Shown here: one piece after another, positions 1-12,179 of the stretch | Layout of the letters: the number at the start of each line of letters is the position of its first letter | Position numbering within the stretch: position 1 is the stretch's first letter | Notes under the pieces: generated by a model | Database searches by the model: none | Told to the model about the DNA's origin: nothing | The model's input: the letters and a program-made list of their open reading frames with translations, nothing else | Made by a program: the position numbers and the translations under genes | DNA from: Marsupella aquatica | Lineage: Eukaryota > Plantae > Marchantiophyta | Direction: 5' to 3' | Length of the DNA stretch: 64,000 nt | Assembly (NCBI GenBank): GCA_973895155.1 | Contig: OZ316897.1 | Location: forward strand, 22,047,455-22,111,454

Positions 1-2305
1 TGCTAGTTTCACTTCAAAATCTATGCTAATTTACATCAAAATGGGAGAAACATAAATAATTATGAAAAAATTGTATATTGAGAAAACACAATAGTTTAGA
101 GTGTTTGTGAAATATCAAAATAATTTTGTGAAGCAAACTTAAGAATGTTTGGCACATTTTGATGTAAACATTGATTTTGAAGTGTATGCATTATTTAAAA
201 AAATAAACCCCAAAAGAGATTAAATTGAGTTGTATGACAGGGTAACAATTAGAATCCCAAAAGAACAACCAACAACAGAACATTGTAGTTGATAGAATAA
301 GTAAAAATTATTCTTTTTTTGTCCCCTTCTTTCCCGCCCTCTTTGATATAATTTGACATGTTAATTTCCAATTTTTAAAGTTTTTACCATAGATCTTATG
401 CCTAATTTATAGTTGTTGTTGGCATCACAATAAACAATTTGTGTTTGTTTGTTGCCTAGTTGTGTTTGGCAAAAATGATGCTCCAATAATACCAACAAGG
501 TGGCCTAAAGAGTAGCACATACATCCCTAAACTCTCATACTACTGTGGCACATGAAGTTTAAATGAATGGTTCCTGCCTTTGTATTTTCTAATGTCTGTC
601 TGTCTTGCTGGAATTTTCTACACCATTCATGCAAAACAAACCCTACAACAATGCCTGACTATTAGGCATCAATCTATTCAATCAACAAAAATAAAAAAAT
701 TTCATTAAATTAGTGGCTAACCATATTAAACTAAAGCTTAACAAAAATGGAAAGTATTAGTAGTTTAAGCTTAATTATGCCTCAACCAAATGACAAATTT
801 ATTTCTCTTTCCTTGGCACTTCAACGTCCTCCTTGTTTTCTTTCTTTCTTTCATCCTCTATTTTTTTGTTGGTTTGATTCCCTCAATCTCTTTCTCTGTC
901 GTCTTTGTCATCTGATTGTTTGATGAGTGTCATCAAAAAGTTTTGGGCCAACTTTTGTCTTCAGACTGTTTAAGAAATAGGCCACCCGAGCTAGATACAA
1001 GAAAGAAAATTCTCAACCCAAATGGACTTTAGACAACAAAACTATGGCTAGGAAACTTTCATGATGAATCTTAGGATGTTGAAGTGCCACAATAGCACAA
1101 AGACAACATCGTGGAAACCAAAGAAAAAGTAATTGACCAACCTACAGTACAATATCACTACTTTAATGTAAACATTGTTGCCATTAATGATCAAAGTTAA
1201 ATGTCATTTGTCCATTTAAGAATTTAAAAAAGCAAGTCTATGGTACTCTCTAAGATTGGGAGGGAGGTCATCACTCACTCAAGCTATTGTAAATTTATAG
1301 CTCTCTCTCTCTCTCTCTCTGATTGTAATTCATCTCTCTTCTACCCATAACCAGTGTCCTTCTTGAAGTCACCGTGCGTATTCCTCAATATGAGAGCGAT
1401 CGTCAAATGACATGAGGAGTCTGAATGTGAAGATAATTTACATGGGAATTTGCAGGGCCTGCCAGCCAGCTCTTAAACCAATGGAATTCTAATTCCAGGT
1501 AGGTCCACTTTTATTGTCCGAATGATAGAAAACAAACTAAGTTGATGACCGATACTTGAAGCCCATTTATTAGGTTACTTGAGAGGTTACTAACACGAGA
1601 TGCTTGTGGCTTATACATGTAGGTCATCCATGGGTTGGAGAACTCTCATCTGCTTCTTTGGGCATCAAGAGGAGTTAAAATTTCAGGACCTTTTTAGGTT
1701 TTGGTGATGTTCTGATTCTATGGAAGAGAGAACATTATCATATTCACTTCCATAGAATCGGAACATCACGTGCAATGAAGAATATGATAGTTTTATTGGT
1801 TTGAAGGGAAGACTTGGAAAATTTTGTGAAAGAACTTTAAAGTCTTTTAAATCCAATTTGGAGTCTTGTAAGTACACTAGGCTGCAAACATGTTGGGGGT
1901 GGGGGGGGGGGGGTTATTTTCATGGCAAAATGGTCTTGTCTTGTTTGTCTACATCAATGCTGATGTCACGTGTTTGCGTGCTAGAGAATTTGCAAGAGAC
2001 TCCTAATGGAGGTCCATAATGACATGCACTTTTTCTTGACGTGACCTTTGTGCACTGTTGTCCATTGTCCGCTTGTTAGTAAATGATTAATCAAATGCAT
2101 CATTCAATCAAATCTAATGACTAGAGTTAGATTTTCTTTTTAAGTAAATAAATTTAATATACCCATCAATATAGAGAAAATATTAATTACAATTTCAAAA
2201 TAAACTTCAATCCTACAATTACAACATCTAGGTTGCCATTTGCTGTTGGGCATGCTACTTTTTAATTTTACTTAATATTTATGATTCCTACTTAGGTCTA
2301 ACCAT

Positions 2306-2586
2306 TGATGGGAAAACCAACACAACACAACTAGCAAGCACATGCACACACTGACACAAGATATACATGGTTCACCTTCTTCAAGGCTACGTCCACGAAA
2401 TGGTAGAGCTTTATTAAGCTTTGGCCACCATGGCTACACAAAGCCTCTTGGTACAAGCTCTCCTCCAGCCTAGCACCTAACTAGTTCCCTAAACAATGAG
2501 CATGAGTCTCCTAAAGGAGCTCCTAGCCCCACTATATGCTAGATACAAGAGTCGTGGTTAATCCAAGACTATACTTAACCCGAACA
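2306..2586. mobile_element. Solo LTR, Ty1/copia-like
   Basis: Starts TG (2306) and ends AACA (2586). Flanks ACCAT/ACCAG are a 4/5 match for a 5-bp TSD. The internal motif ATACATGGTTCACCTTCTTCAAGGCTACGTCCACG is shared with the solo LTR at 38563-38916. Confidence 0.6.
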
Positions 2587-2646
2587 ACCAGTTTGGGTGA
2601 TGTTGCAAAAACCCTAAACCCTAAATGCTCTGGTGATTCAATTTGA

Positions 2647-3060
2647 TCATTGACAAATTTTTTGATACAACTGAACTTCAATACCAGCATTCCAGATGAC
2701 AAAACGCTTCAATAGAACTTTTATTTCTTCATAACATAGCCCAAAATTCAACAAACTGATACAATTTTCACCCTTGTTTGTGGACCCCTGTTCTAATGTT
2801 TGGGAGTAAATTAATCTCCCACAAGGGTCATTGACGCACTTTTTGCACATTTGTCCTAAACAATGTTATCTTTGTCTCACCATAGATGTACATTGAGCAA
2901 AACCCCTTTGTACCTTATTACAGAGGCCTCAATGTCAATTGGTTTCACTTCAAGCCAAACATTTTCAACAACCAATGAGATGAGCTCACAGTCCAGCTCA
3001 TGTATTGACTCTGCAGAGGACTCTGCAGACAAGAGACTTGGTCTGAAAACTACTTATATT
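2647..3060 (-). pseudogene. Decayed coding remnant, possibly transposon-derived (Cys-rich CKKC...C segment)
   Basis: Protein-like reading (…ENVWLEVKPIDIEASVIRYKGVLLNVHLW* / MCKKCVNDPCGRLIY…) broken by stops and a frame change. No family can be assigned with confidence. Confidence 0.25.
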
Positions 3061-3689
3061 GATCATATTTTTGTTGGGCCATTGTTAGCAATTGAATGAG
3101 AATTTTTGGTACAATGTTTATTAAACCTAAACCTAACTTGCAAATCTAATTGCGCCCCCCCTCTTCCTGTAACCTTCCTCACAAAGATTGGCAATTAAAA
3201 GTGCACAACTGTCACAGTTAAAGTATCATCGATTTGAAATGCACAAGGGAACTGAACTTTGTTAGCAAATGATTGACCAGATGCATCGATCAATAAGATC
3301 AAATGCCTGACTAGAGTTAATCATTGTTGTTTCTTTATAGGGGTTCTTTATATATCTGACATATATACACAAAATTTACTTATTAATTATAATTTGCAAG
3401 ACAATAAACAAAATAGTTAGAAGAGGGTATTTCTTTGCCTCAACTCTATCACTCTGTATGTTAATTTCAATTTTGTTGTATGGTTCCCTGGACTAACCCT
3501 TTTCTCACATGGTGATAAACCCAAACAATTGTATTAAGTTGTTTATCACTGCAAACTTGATTGTCATTTGTGTTTGTGATGGAAAATAATGCTTACATTG
3601 CGCAACCATAGGCCACAAAAACAACAAACATGTCATGGGGGTCTGTAAGTAGACCCTTAATTAAACTGACCATTTCAATGCGTACTGAT

Positions 3690-4270
3690 GAGATCATGAG
3701 TTATTATAATTTTGAGCTTTCCAATGAGCTTGACATTGAGACATTTTATCAAGTACTAAGGAAGTCAAAAATTTGTCTAGCTTTTCAATGAACTCAACAT
3801 TTGCAAATTTTTTGAAATGCTAAGGAGACCATGAAATTCTGAATTTTTCTAGCTTTCCAATAAACTTATGTCAATTGCAACAGATTTGTCAAATACAAAC
3901 TTAAGAAGCTCATGTGTTTGTGATTTCTTCAGTGACTCATGTTAACAAATTTTGTCAAATACTAAACCTCGTTCTAAACAGTTCATGAATTTTTCATTTT
4001 TCTCTAGGCAGCTTCCAAAGAGCCTAACATTTGATAATTTTGTCAACCACTAGAAAGATGATGAGTTACTAAATTTCTCTAGCTTTACAATAAACCTCAC
4101 ATTGACAAATTTTGTCAAGTATGAAGGAGATCCATCATGAGATTTTATTCACTCTTGCTTTGCAATGAGCCTCACATTGGTAGATGTTGTCACCTATTAA
4201 AGAGATAATTAATTTTTGAATTACTTAAGCATTCTAATGAACCTAACAGTGTTAACTAACAGGGATCATG
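3690..4270. repeat. Degenerate minisatellite, ~8 units of ~65-75 bp
   Basis: The core AGCTTT(C/T)CAAT(G/A)A(G/A)C…CATT…ATTTTGTCAA(G/A)TACTAAGGAGA recurs at about 3715, 3779, 3851, 3925, 4010, 4081, 4156 and 4228. Confidence 0.75.
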
Positions 4271-4739
4271 CATTTATGAACATTAAAAAATACTAAGAAT
4301 ATTAGTTATTCTGTTTTAAAATATGGAGACCATTCAAGGGGTTCTATTTTATATATTCATATTAGTTGGTTTCTCTATAAACTTAAATATTTTGATGTAA
4401 AATATTAATATATTGTTGGCAAAATCAAATTGGTTGTTTTATTTTATTCATTTGTTTGTTGTTTGAATTACTGTTTTATGTTTTGATTTCTTCATAGTTC
4501 ACTTGTTGGGTTGATCTGTTTTTTGTCTCCCTAGAATAATAGTGTTTATTTCCTGTTAATAAATATCATTATTTTTTTTCATGATCAAATGTGTCAAGAT
4601 AACCACAACTTGGTGTTTAATTTGTTGAAAAACACTTCACATGAGAATTCATAATTACCCATGAGTCAGATAATAATAAAAGTATACATACACTATGCTT
4701 AGCCACATTCATATATAATTATTTGGTCTCTCACATTAC

Positions 4740-5640
4740 CTACCAAAAAAACCATTGACAGGGATCACAGGCCAGTAATATCTGTCACCATTTAATCAAT
4801 TGCTACTTTAATTAAGTAATATATTATTCAGGCAGTTGTTGATATCCACCCACCAATGAAAACCATTAACATGGATCACAGGCCAATAATCTGTCACTAT
4901 TTAATCAATTGTTAGTCAATCTTTACTCAAATTAACTATCACATTATTCAGGCAATTGTTTATGTCCACCATACAAGAGTCTTAACATGTAGCTTACTTG
5001 TCACTCTGTTTGGCCACATTTACACTTGGTGTCTGACCTTACCTACCAGTGAAAAACCTAAACAAGTATCACAGACCAAGAATCTGAAACCATTTAAATC
5101 AATTATCAGTTTGCCATTACTCATGGAAATATTCAAAATTACTACATTGTCAGGCAATTGTTCACATCTACCATACAATAAGCTTAGCATATAGTTTACT
5201 TGTCACTATAGTTCTTTATCACATTAATCCTTGATCTCTGACCTTTCCCACCAATGAGAATCCTTTAACAAGGATCACAGACCAGTAAATCTGTCAACAT
5301 CTAATCAATCATTAGTCAGTCATTACTCAAATTAACTACCACATTATTCAGGCATTTGTTGATATCCACGCACTAGACTTAACATGTAGCTTTATTACTT
5401 GTCATCTGCCTGGCCTCATTTATACTTGGGCTTGGACGGACCAATGACAAACCTTTAACAAGGATCAGAGAGCAGTAATTTGCTAGGAATTGATCAGTTA
5501 TTAGTCAGTCATTACTAGAAATTACCATTTGCTGACCAATAAGAACCCTTCAAATGTATCACAGAGCAGTAATCTGTTACCAATTGATCAGTTATTAGTC
5601 AGTCATTACTCAAAATTACTACCTTAATTTGGCGATTGCT
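4740..5640. repeat. Six diverged ~95-205 bp repeat units upstream of the B3 gene (second array at ~9160-10080)
   Basis: The core ACCAATGA…AACC.TTAACA.GGATCACAG.CCAGTAATCTGTCA…TTAATCAATT.TTAGTCAGTCATTACTCAAATT occurs at about 4743, 4852, 5045, 5250, 5440 and 5535. Confidence 0.8.
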
Positions 5641-5875
5641 GATGTATACCATATGGTTTAGTTCATGTAGTCTATCTTCAGTGAGACATGATTTGGCTCC
5701 ATAATCCATTATTTAAGACAACCTTCACCTTCCACAGTCTCACTTCATTTCAGCACAGTACTCTTTTCGTACCTCGAAGAATAAGAGTTTACTTAGCTGC
5801 AAAGCGGGATCCTCATTACAGATCTAAGTATCGAGTTTTCTTACTTTCCTGAAGAGTTACGTGGTTATTGAGACC

Positions 5876-6407
5876 GTTGTGCAACAGAGGTATCACACCT
5901 AAACTTAGATTATTCTCTATAAGTTTCATTAGAATTGCGTTTACTATTCATTTGTTTTCATGGAAGAATTTTCTACATGGTATGTAAATATGTGATCTCG
6001 TTATTCTCCAAGTTCATCTTTGTGTGTTATAATCGGGATGACAATTATAGCGCTCAAACTTTTTGCCAGCATCGATCTTAGTTACATATATTAGTATCTT
6101 AAAAGCAGGGATCTCTATAAGTTCCATTAGAATTGCGTCCACTATTCATTTGCTTTCATGGAAGAAATTTCCGTAGTGCAACAGAGGTATCACACCTAAA
6201 CATAGATTATTCTCTATAAGTTCCATTAGAATTGCGTCCACTATTCATTTGCTTTCATGGAAGAAATTTCTGCATTATGTAGTTAGGTGATCTCGTTATT
6301 CTTCAAGTTCATCTTTGTGTGTTATAATTGATGAAAAGTATAGCGCTCAAACTTTTTGCCAGCATCGACCTTAGGTACATATATTAGTATCTTAATAGCA
6401 CGGATCG
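5876..6407 (+). repeat. Local ~235-bp duplication, plus a ~60-bp partial copy, in the proximal upstream region of B3 copy 1
   Basis: GCAACAGAGGTATCACACCTAAAC…TTAGTATCTTAA.AGCA.GGATC occurs at 5881-6113 and 6178-6407, with a partial copy at 6114-6172. Duplication copy 2 (10320-10555) has it once. Confidence 0.85.
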
Positions 6408-6561
6408 TAGCTAGCTACATACACATGTAATGCTCAGTTGAAGAGTGTCCATTTCTGATGTAAGTGGTTTTCCTGCACCTTTTGGATGACAACACTACAC
6501 TAAGAAATGCAAAAATAACGACCTGTGTTTGGTTTTGAAACGTCTGCGCGCCTCTGTGATC

Positions 6562-8061
6562 ATGGATCATTCCGTCGTTGGTTATGACCAGAATGGTCAG
6601 GAAGATTCCCATGTCGACAATGGAAACGTGACCAGTTCAGGCATTTCACCGTTGCTAGACAATCCTACAGGGAAGTCGACAGTGCGGCAGGCTCAACAGG
6701 GCCAGAATTTGATATTCGATACCAGTGGAATTACATCCAGTTCCGCTCCTGAGCTCAGCCACGAGCCCGCCCTTAAAATACCCGTTCAAAGAGGGATTGT
6801 TGTCGATGAGGAAACCCCGTTCCAAATTCGGTTTGGTGAGTCGTTCAGAGAATTCTTCGACGCAATCGGGGACCCAATACGCGAAGATATGCCAGGGGAT
6901 AAGCTTTCTGTGATGGAGGGAGTTGATGCAGAGGTCTCAGATTCATCTCCCTCAACCTTCGGTCCTCTTAGTGTTGCTGACTACAACATCTCCACAGCTG
7001 AAGTGAAGGATGGAATCCTCGTGATTATGGATTCAGAGACTCCACATTCACGTCCTTCAGTCTCAACTAGTACAAGTTACTCTTTGAGCGGCGCGGTGTA
7101 CTACCAACAACTGCAAGGGTTTTTAAGTGATATTCAAGTTGGTGATCATGTCCGGCAGCAGTACGATCTACTACACCTGATTCCAGCTAAAATCTCATCA
7201 CCTGCAGTTCCAGAAGTTATCAGCGAACCATCTGCCTTCAACCAGGGTGACTCGCAGCAATTCATAGCAACTACTAACGAGCCGGGTTGGATCGGTGCAA
7301 CGCAAAGTCCAGTCGGTCAATTTGCCGGAGGGAGCGGAAACCTTCCCATAGAGCGCTTGCTCGTTGAGAAGCTGTTAACAAACGCAGATGTCGGGACTAA
7401 GGTCCCCGGGGTGTTACTGCATAAAAAAGATGCTGAAATGAATATTCGCCCCGTTTCCAAGCAACTGCCATTGACTTTGCATGATGGAGCGGAAGCAGGA
7501 AAGATATGGAGCATGAGATTGACCACCATCACGACCGCTGATTATTTAACACAATACAGATTGGAGGACTCTCTCACGTACATCAACCACTATGAATTGA
7601 AAGCAGGTGACTTGCTGCAGATTTATAACGAAGAGCCAGGGAATCGGCATATCCTGAGATTTGAAAAACCAATGATTCAATACATGCCAGCCTCGTTGGG
7701 AAACGATGCTGCCACCGCAGCCTGGAGACAGATCATTCGAAAGAAGCTGACCAAAACGGATGAAAAAGCAGGAATGAAATCTTGTGGATCAATAGGTCTC
7801 GGGAAGAAAGACGTCAGTACTCATTTTCCCCCTGTGGCAGACAAGGAAGGTTACTCAGTCAGTTTTACTGACTGGCAGGCCAATCGCGTGTGGACGATGA
7901 GGTTGGAGTTTAAGTCTGAGGTGATCGCCAAAAGGCGATACATGCTACGAAATATACGTGAGTTTTTGGTGTGGCATTCTCTACGAGCACGGGACGTGCT
8001 TGAAATTTGGAAAAATGATTCATCGCCTGCAGCTTACGCACTGGCAGTGCGCAGAAACTGA
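6562..8061 (+). CDS. Intronless B3-domain transcription factor with two ABI3/LAV-like B3 domains (499 aa)
   Basis: First ATG at 6562. An acidic Ser/Pro-rich N-terminus is followed by B3-1 (LLVEKLLTNADVG…LLHKKDAE…KIWSMRL…YRLEDSLTYINHYELKAGDLLQIY) and B3-2 (IIRKKLTKTDE…LGKKDVSTHFP…RVWTMRL…YMLRNIREFLVWHSLRARDVLEIW). Both match the ABI3 pattern K.L..SDV…LPKK.AE…RVWNMRY…YLLENTGDFV…L..GD. Confidence 0.85.
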   Translation: MDHSVVGYDQNGQEDSHVDNGNVTSSGISPLLDNPTGKSTVRQAQQGQNLIFDTSGITSSSAPELSHEPALKIPVQRGIVVDEETPFQIRFGESFREFFDAIGDPIREDMPGDKLSVMEGVDAEVSDSSPSTFGPLSVADYNISTAEVKDGILVIMDSETPHSRPSVSTSTSYSLSGAVYYQQLQGFLSDIQVGDHVRQQYDLLHLIPAKISSPAVPEVISEPSAFNQGDSQQFIATTNEPGWIGATQSPVGQFAGGSGNLPIERLLVEKLLTNADVGTKVPGVLLHKKDAEMNIRPVSKQLPLTLHDGAEAGKIWSMRLTTITTADYLTQYRLEDSLTYINHYELKAGDLLQIYNEEPGNRHILRFEKPMIQYMPASLGNDAATAAWRQIIRKKLTKTDEKAGMKSCGSIGLGKKDVSTHFPPVADKEGYSVSFTDWQANRVWTMRLEFKSEVIAKRRYMLRNIREFLVWHSLRARDVLEIWKNDSSPAAYALAVRRN

Positions 8062-8258
8062 CGTTCTAAGATTACCAATGGCTGAGGATCTTCAGGGTCT
8101 GCACCCACTTAAGACCTCTTGAAGCTTGTTCACGTCGTCCTAACGATGAGAGTTCTGAGAGATAATGCTTCGAATCACTAGCTGAAGTCCTCATCTCCGA
8201 ATCTTGACTACGATCACTCGATCAAAGTAGCTGTTTGAATTTTGCAATTTTCACTCAC

Positions 8259-8382
8259 ACCTTTCCAATTTGTTGCAAGATAGTTTGGTGTACAGGTTTC
8301 AGTCTTATCGGAAAGTTCAGACCTTTCCAATTTGTTGCAAGATAGTTTAGTGTACAGGTTTCAGTCTTATCGGAAAGTTTAG
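8259..8382 (+). repeat. 62-bp tandem duplication in the 3' flank of B3 copy 1
   Basis: ACCTTTCCAATTTGTTGCAAGATAGTTT.GTGTACAGGTTTCAGTCTTATCGGAAAGTT.AG occurs twice (8259 and 8321). Confidence 0.9.
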
Positions 8383-10731
8383 AGCATTTGGAGTTATTGT
8401 TCGCTTTGGCAAAACTAAATCTTTTATGGGCAGCCTGCTCCTCTTTATATAGGGAATGCTCTAACCAAGATTACTTTTCCCCGTTAACCATGGTGAAGTT
8501 TTCACTAACCCGGGTTAGTGCATGGTCGACCCTTGCTTATATGGTTCAGACCAAGTTACTCGTAGTTTGGACTTTTTTACGTTCCAAAAGTGAAACCCGA
8601 TGCAGTATCGCTCCCTCCATTCTTGCGGCGATGCAATGTAGGCAACTGATGTTTTTTTGATTTGTGGCCATGTTATTGGAGATTTTATTGCGGCTAAACT
8701 ATCAGTCCGAAATCATGTTCAAAGTGTTAAATACTAATAGGGATCATGCATTTATGAGCATAATGAAATACTAACAATATTGGTTATTTTGTTCTATAAT
8801 ATGGAGACCAACGGGTTCTATTTTTTACATTCATACTAGTATGTTTCTCTAAAAACTTACAAAACACAAAATTTGCATATATTTTCATGTAATATATTAA
8901 TATATTGTTGACAAAATCAAATTGGTTGTTTTGTTTTATTCATTTGTTTGATTTTTGAATTCAACTGTTTTAATTTTCCTATAGTTCACTTGTTGGGTTC
9001 ACTTGTTTTTTTGTCTCCCGTCAATTGAATTAGAATAATCGTGTTTGTTTCTTGTTAATAAACATAATTATTTCGTTGAAAAATACTTCACATGATGCGA
9101 ATTCATAATTAACCATTATTTAGTCAAGCCGCATTCATATATATTTGGTCTCTCATATTACCTACCAATAAAAACCATTAACAGGGATCACAGGCCAGTA
9201 ATATCTGTCACCATTTAATCAATTGCTACTTTAATTAAGTAATATTTTATTCAGGCAGTTGTTGATATCCATCCACCAATGGAAACCACTAACATGGATC
9301 ACAGGCCAATAATCTGTCACTATTTAATCAATAGTTAGTCAATATTTACTCAAATTAACCATCACATTATTCAGGCAATTGTTCATGTCCACCATACAAG
9401 AGACTTAACATGTAGCTTACTTGTCACTCTGCTTGGCCACATTTACACTTGGTGTCTGACCTTACCTACCAGTGAAAAAGCTTAACAAGTATCACAGACC
9501 AAGAATCTGAAACCATTTAAATCAATTATCAGTTTGCCATTACTCATGTAAATATTCAAAATTACTACATCGTTAGGCGATTGTTCACATCTACCATACA
9601 ATAATCTTAGCATAAAGTTTAATTGTCACTATAATTCTTTATCACATTAATCCTTGGTCTCTGACCTTTCCCACCAATGAGAATCCTTTAACAAGGATCA
9701 CAGCCAGTAAATCTGTCAACATCTAACCATTTATTAGTCAGTCATCACTCAAATTAACTACCACATTATTCAGGCAATTGTTGATATCCACGCACTAGAC
9801 TTAACATGTAGCTTTATTACTTGTCATCTGCCTGGCCTCATTTATACTTGGGCTTGGACGGACCAATGACAAACCTTTAACAAGGATCAGAGAGCAGTAA
9901 TTTGCTAGGAATTGATCAGTTATTAGTCAGTCATTACTAGAAATTACCATTAAAATTGTTTCAATTTTGCTGACCAATAAGAACCTATCAAAATGGATCA
10001 GAGAGCAGTAATCTGTTACCAATCGATCAGTTATTAGTCAGTCATTACTCAAAATTATTACCTTAATTGGGCAATTGCTGACGTATACCATATTGTTTAG
10101 TTCATGTAGTCTATCTTCAGTGAGACATGATTTGGCTCCATAAATCATTATTTAAGACAACCTTCACCTTCCACAGTCTCACTTCATTTCAGCACAGAAC
10201 TCTTTTCGTACCTCGAAGAGTAAGAGTTTACTTAGCTGCAAAGCGGGATCCTCATTACAGATCTAAGTATCGAGTTTTCTTACTTTCCTGAAGAGTTACG
10301 TGGTTATTGAGACCGTAGTGCAACAGAGGTATCAGACCTAAACATAGATTATTCTCTGACTATAAGTTTCATTAGAATTGCGTCCACTATTCATTTGCTT
10401 TCATGGAAGAATTTTCTGCATGGTATGTAAATAGGTGATCTCGTTATTCTCCAAGTTCCTTTTTGTGTGTTATAATCGATGAAAATTATAGCGCTCAAAC
10501 TTTTTGCCAGCATCGATCTTAGTTACATATATTAGTATCTTTATAGCACGGAACTTAGCTAGCTACATTCTGTACATGTAATGCTCAGTTGAAGAGTGTC
10601 CATTTCTGATGTAAGTGGTTTTCCTGCACCTTTTGGATGGCAACACTACAGTAGTAATCTACGAAGAAATGCAAAATAACGACCTGTGTTTGGTTTTGAA
10701 AATGTCTGCCAGAAATTGCGCCTGTGTGATC

Positions 10732-11922
10732 ATGGATCATTCCATCTTTGGTTATGACCAGAATGGTCAGGAAGATTCCCATGCCGACAATGGAAAGGTG
10801 AACAGTGCAGGCACTTCAACGTTGCTCCACAATCCTACAGGGAATTCGACAGTGCGGCAGGCTCAACAGGGCCAGAATTTGATATTCGATACCAGTGGAA
10901 TTACATCCAGTTCCGCTCCTGAGCTCACCCACGAGCCCGCCCTTGAAATACCCGTTCAAAGAGGGAATGTCGTCGATGAGGAAACCCCGTTGCAAAATCG
11001 GTTTGGGGAGACGTTCAGAGAATTCTTCGACGCAATCGGGGACCCAATATACGAAGATATGCCAGGGGATAAGCTTTCTGTGATGGAGGGAGTTGATGCA
11101 GAGGTCTCAGATTCATCTCCCTCAATCTTCGGTCCTCTTAGTGTTGATGACTATAACATCTCCACAGCTGAAGTGAAGGATGGAATACTCGTGATTATGG
11201 ATTCAGAGACTCCACATGCACGTCCTTCAGTCTCAACTAGTACAAGTTACTCTTCGAGCGGCGCGGTCGACTACGAAGTTATGGAAGAATTTTTAGCAAA
11301 TGATATTCCAGTTGGTTCCCTGGACCTAGCATTGCCAGTGGAAGTCAGGCGTGCTGACCCACCTCCAGTTCCAGGTATTACCTTAGCTACAGTCTGGCCT
11401 GCTCAGCAAGGCCAGAATTGGACATCTGACACCAATGGATTTGATGCCCAAGAACACGTCCTCACAGGCATCCTCAACAATGAGCAAATCCCCCAGGTAG
11501 ATATGCCGAACGGTGAGGCTTCTATGATGAAGGACATTGATACAGAGCTGAGAGATCTACCTACTACATCAACCTCTGGCCCTCTGAATGGAGCAAACTA
11601 TTTTGGTGGACCAAAAAGGTTGAAAAAGCAGGAATGAAATCTTGTGGATCAATACATCTCGGGAAGAACGATGTCAATACTCATTTTCCCCCTGTGGCAG
11701 ACAAGGAAGGTTATTCAGTCAGTTTTACTGACTGGCAGGCCAATCGCGTGTGGACGATGAGGTTGGAGTTTAAGTCTAAGGTGATCGCCCAAAAGGCGAT
11801 ACATGCTACGAAATATACGTGAGTTTTTGGTGTGGAATTCTCTACGAGCAGGGGACGTGCTTGAAATTTGGAACAGTAATTCATCGCCTGCAGCTTACGC
11901 ACTGGCAGTGCGCAGAAACTGA
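10732..11922 (+). pseudogene. Rearranged paralog of the B3 gene: open 301-aa ORF (10732-11637) with no B3 domain, followed by an out-of-frame B3-2 remnant
   Basis: Nearly identical to copy 1 up to ~11270, then a unique segment. It rejoins the B3-2 sequence at ~11609 (GACCAAAA) out of frame, giving a stop at 11637. An extra C at ~11790 (GTGATCGCCCAAAAGG vs GTGATCGCCAAAAGG) shifts the frame again. B3-1 is absent. An in-frame upstream ATG lies at 10669. Confidence 0.85.
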
Positions 11923-12179
11923 CGTTCTAAGATTACCAATGGCTGAGGATCTTGCACCGACTTAAGACCTCTTGAAGCTTGTTCACGTCGTCCTAACGAT
12001 GAGAGTTCTGAGAGATAATGCTTCGAATCACTACGATCACTAGATCACATCCTCATCTCCGAATCTTGACTATGATCACTCGATCAAAGTCGCTGTTTGA
12101 ATTTTGCAATTTTCACTTACACCTTTCCAATTTGTTGCAAGATAGTTTAGTGTACAGATTTCAGTCTTAGCGATTGATT

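Larger units (their letters stand above)
4250..12170 (+). repeat. Tandem segmental duplication: copy 1 ~4250-8380, copy 2 ~8725-12170
   Basis: Both copies begin AGGGATCATGCATTTATGA (4260 / 8739). They stay collinear through upstream repeats, the B3 gene 5' half and the 3' flank, and end at GATAGTTTAGTGTACAG.TTTCAGTCTTA (8341 / 12141). Confidence 0.95.

Noticed and set aside
1301-1914. (CT)10 microsatellite and G-run
   Set aside because: Ordinary simple repeats with no further structure.
2609-2625. Telomere-like AAACCCTAAACCCTAAA
   Set aside because: Only about two units. This is a telo-box-type motif, not an interstitial telomere array.
3690-5640. CRISPR-like regularly spaced repeats
   Set aside because: The units are long, degenerate tandem repeats without unique spacers, the context is eukaryotic, and there are no cas genes.
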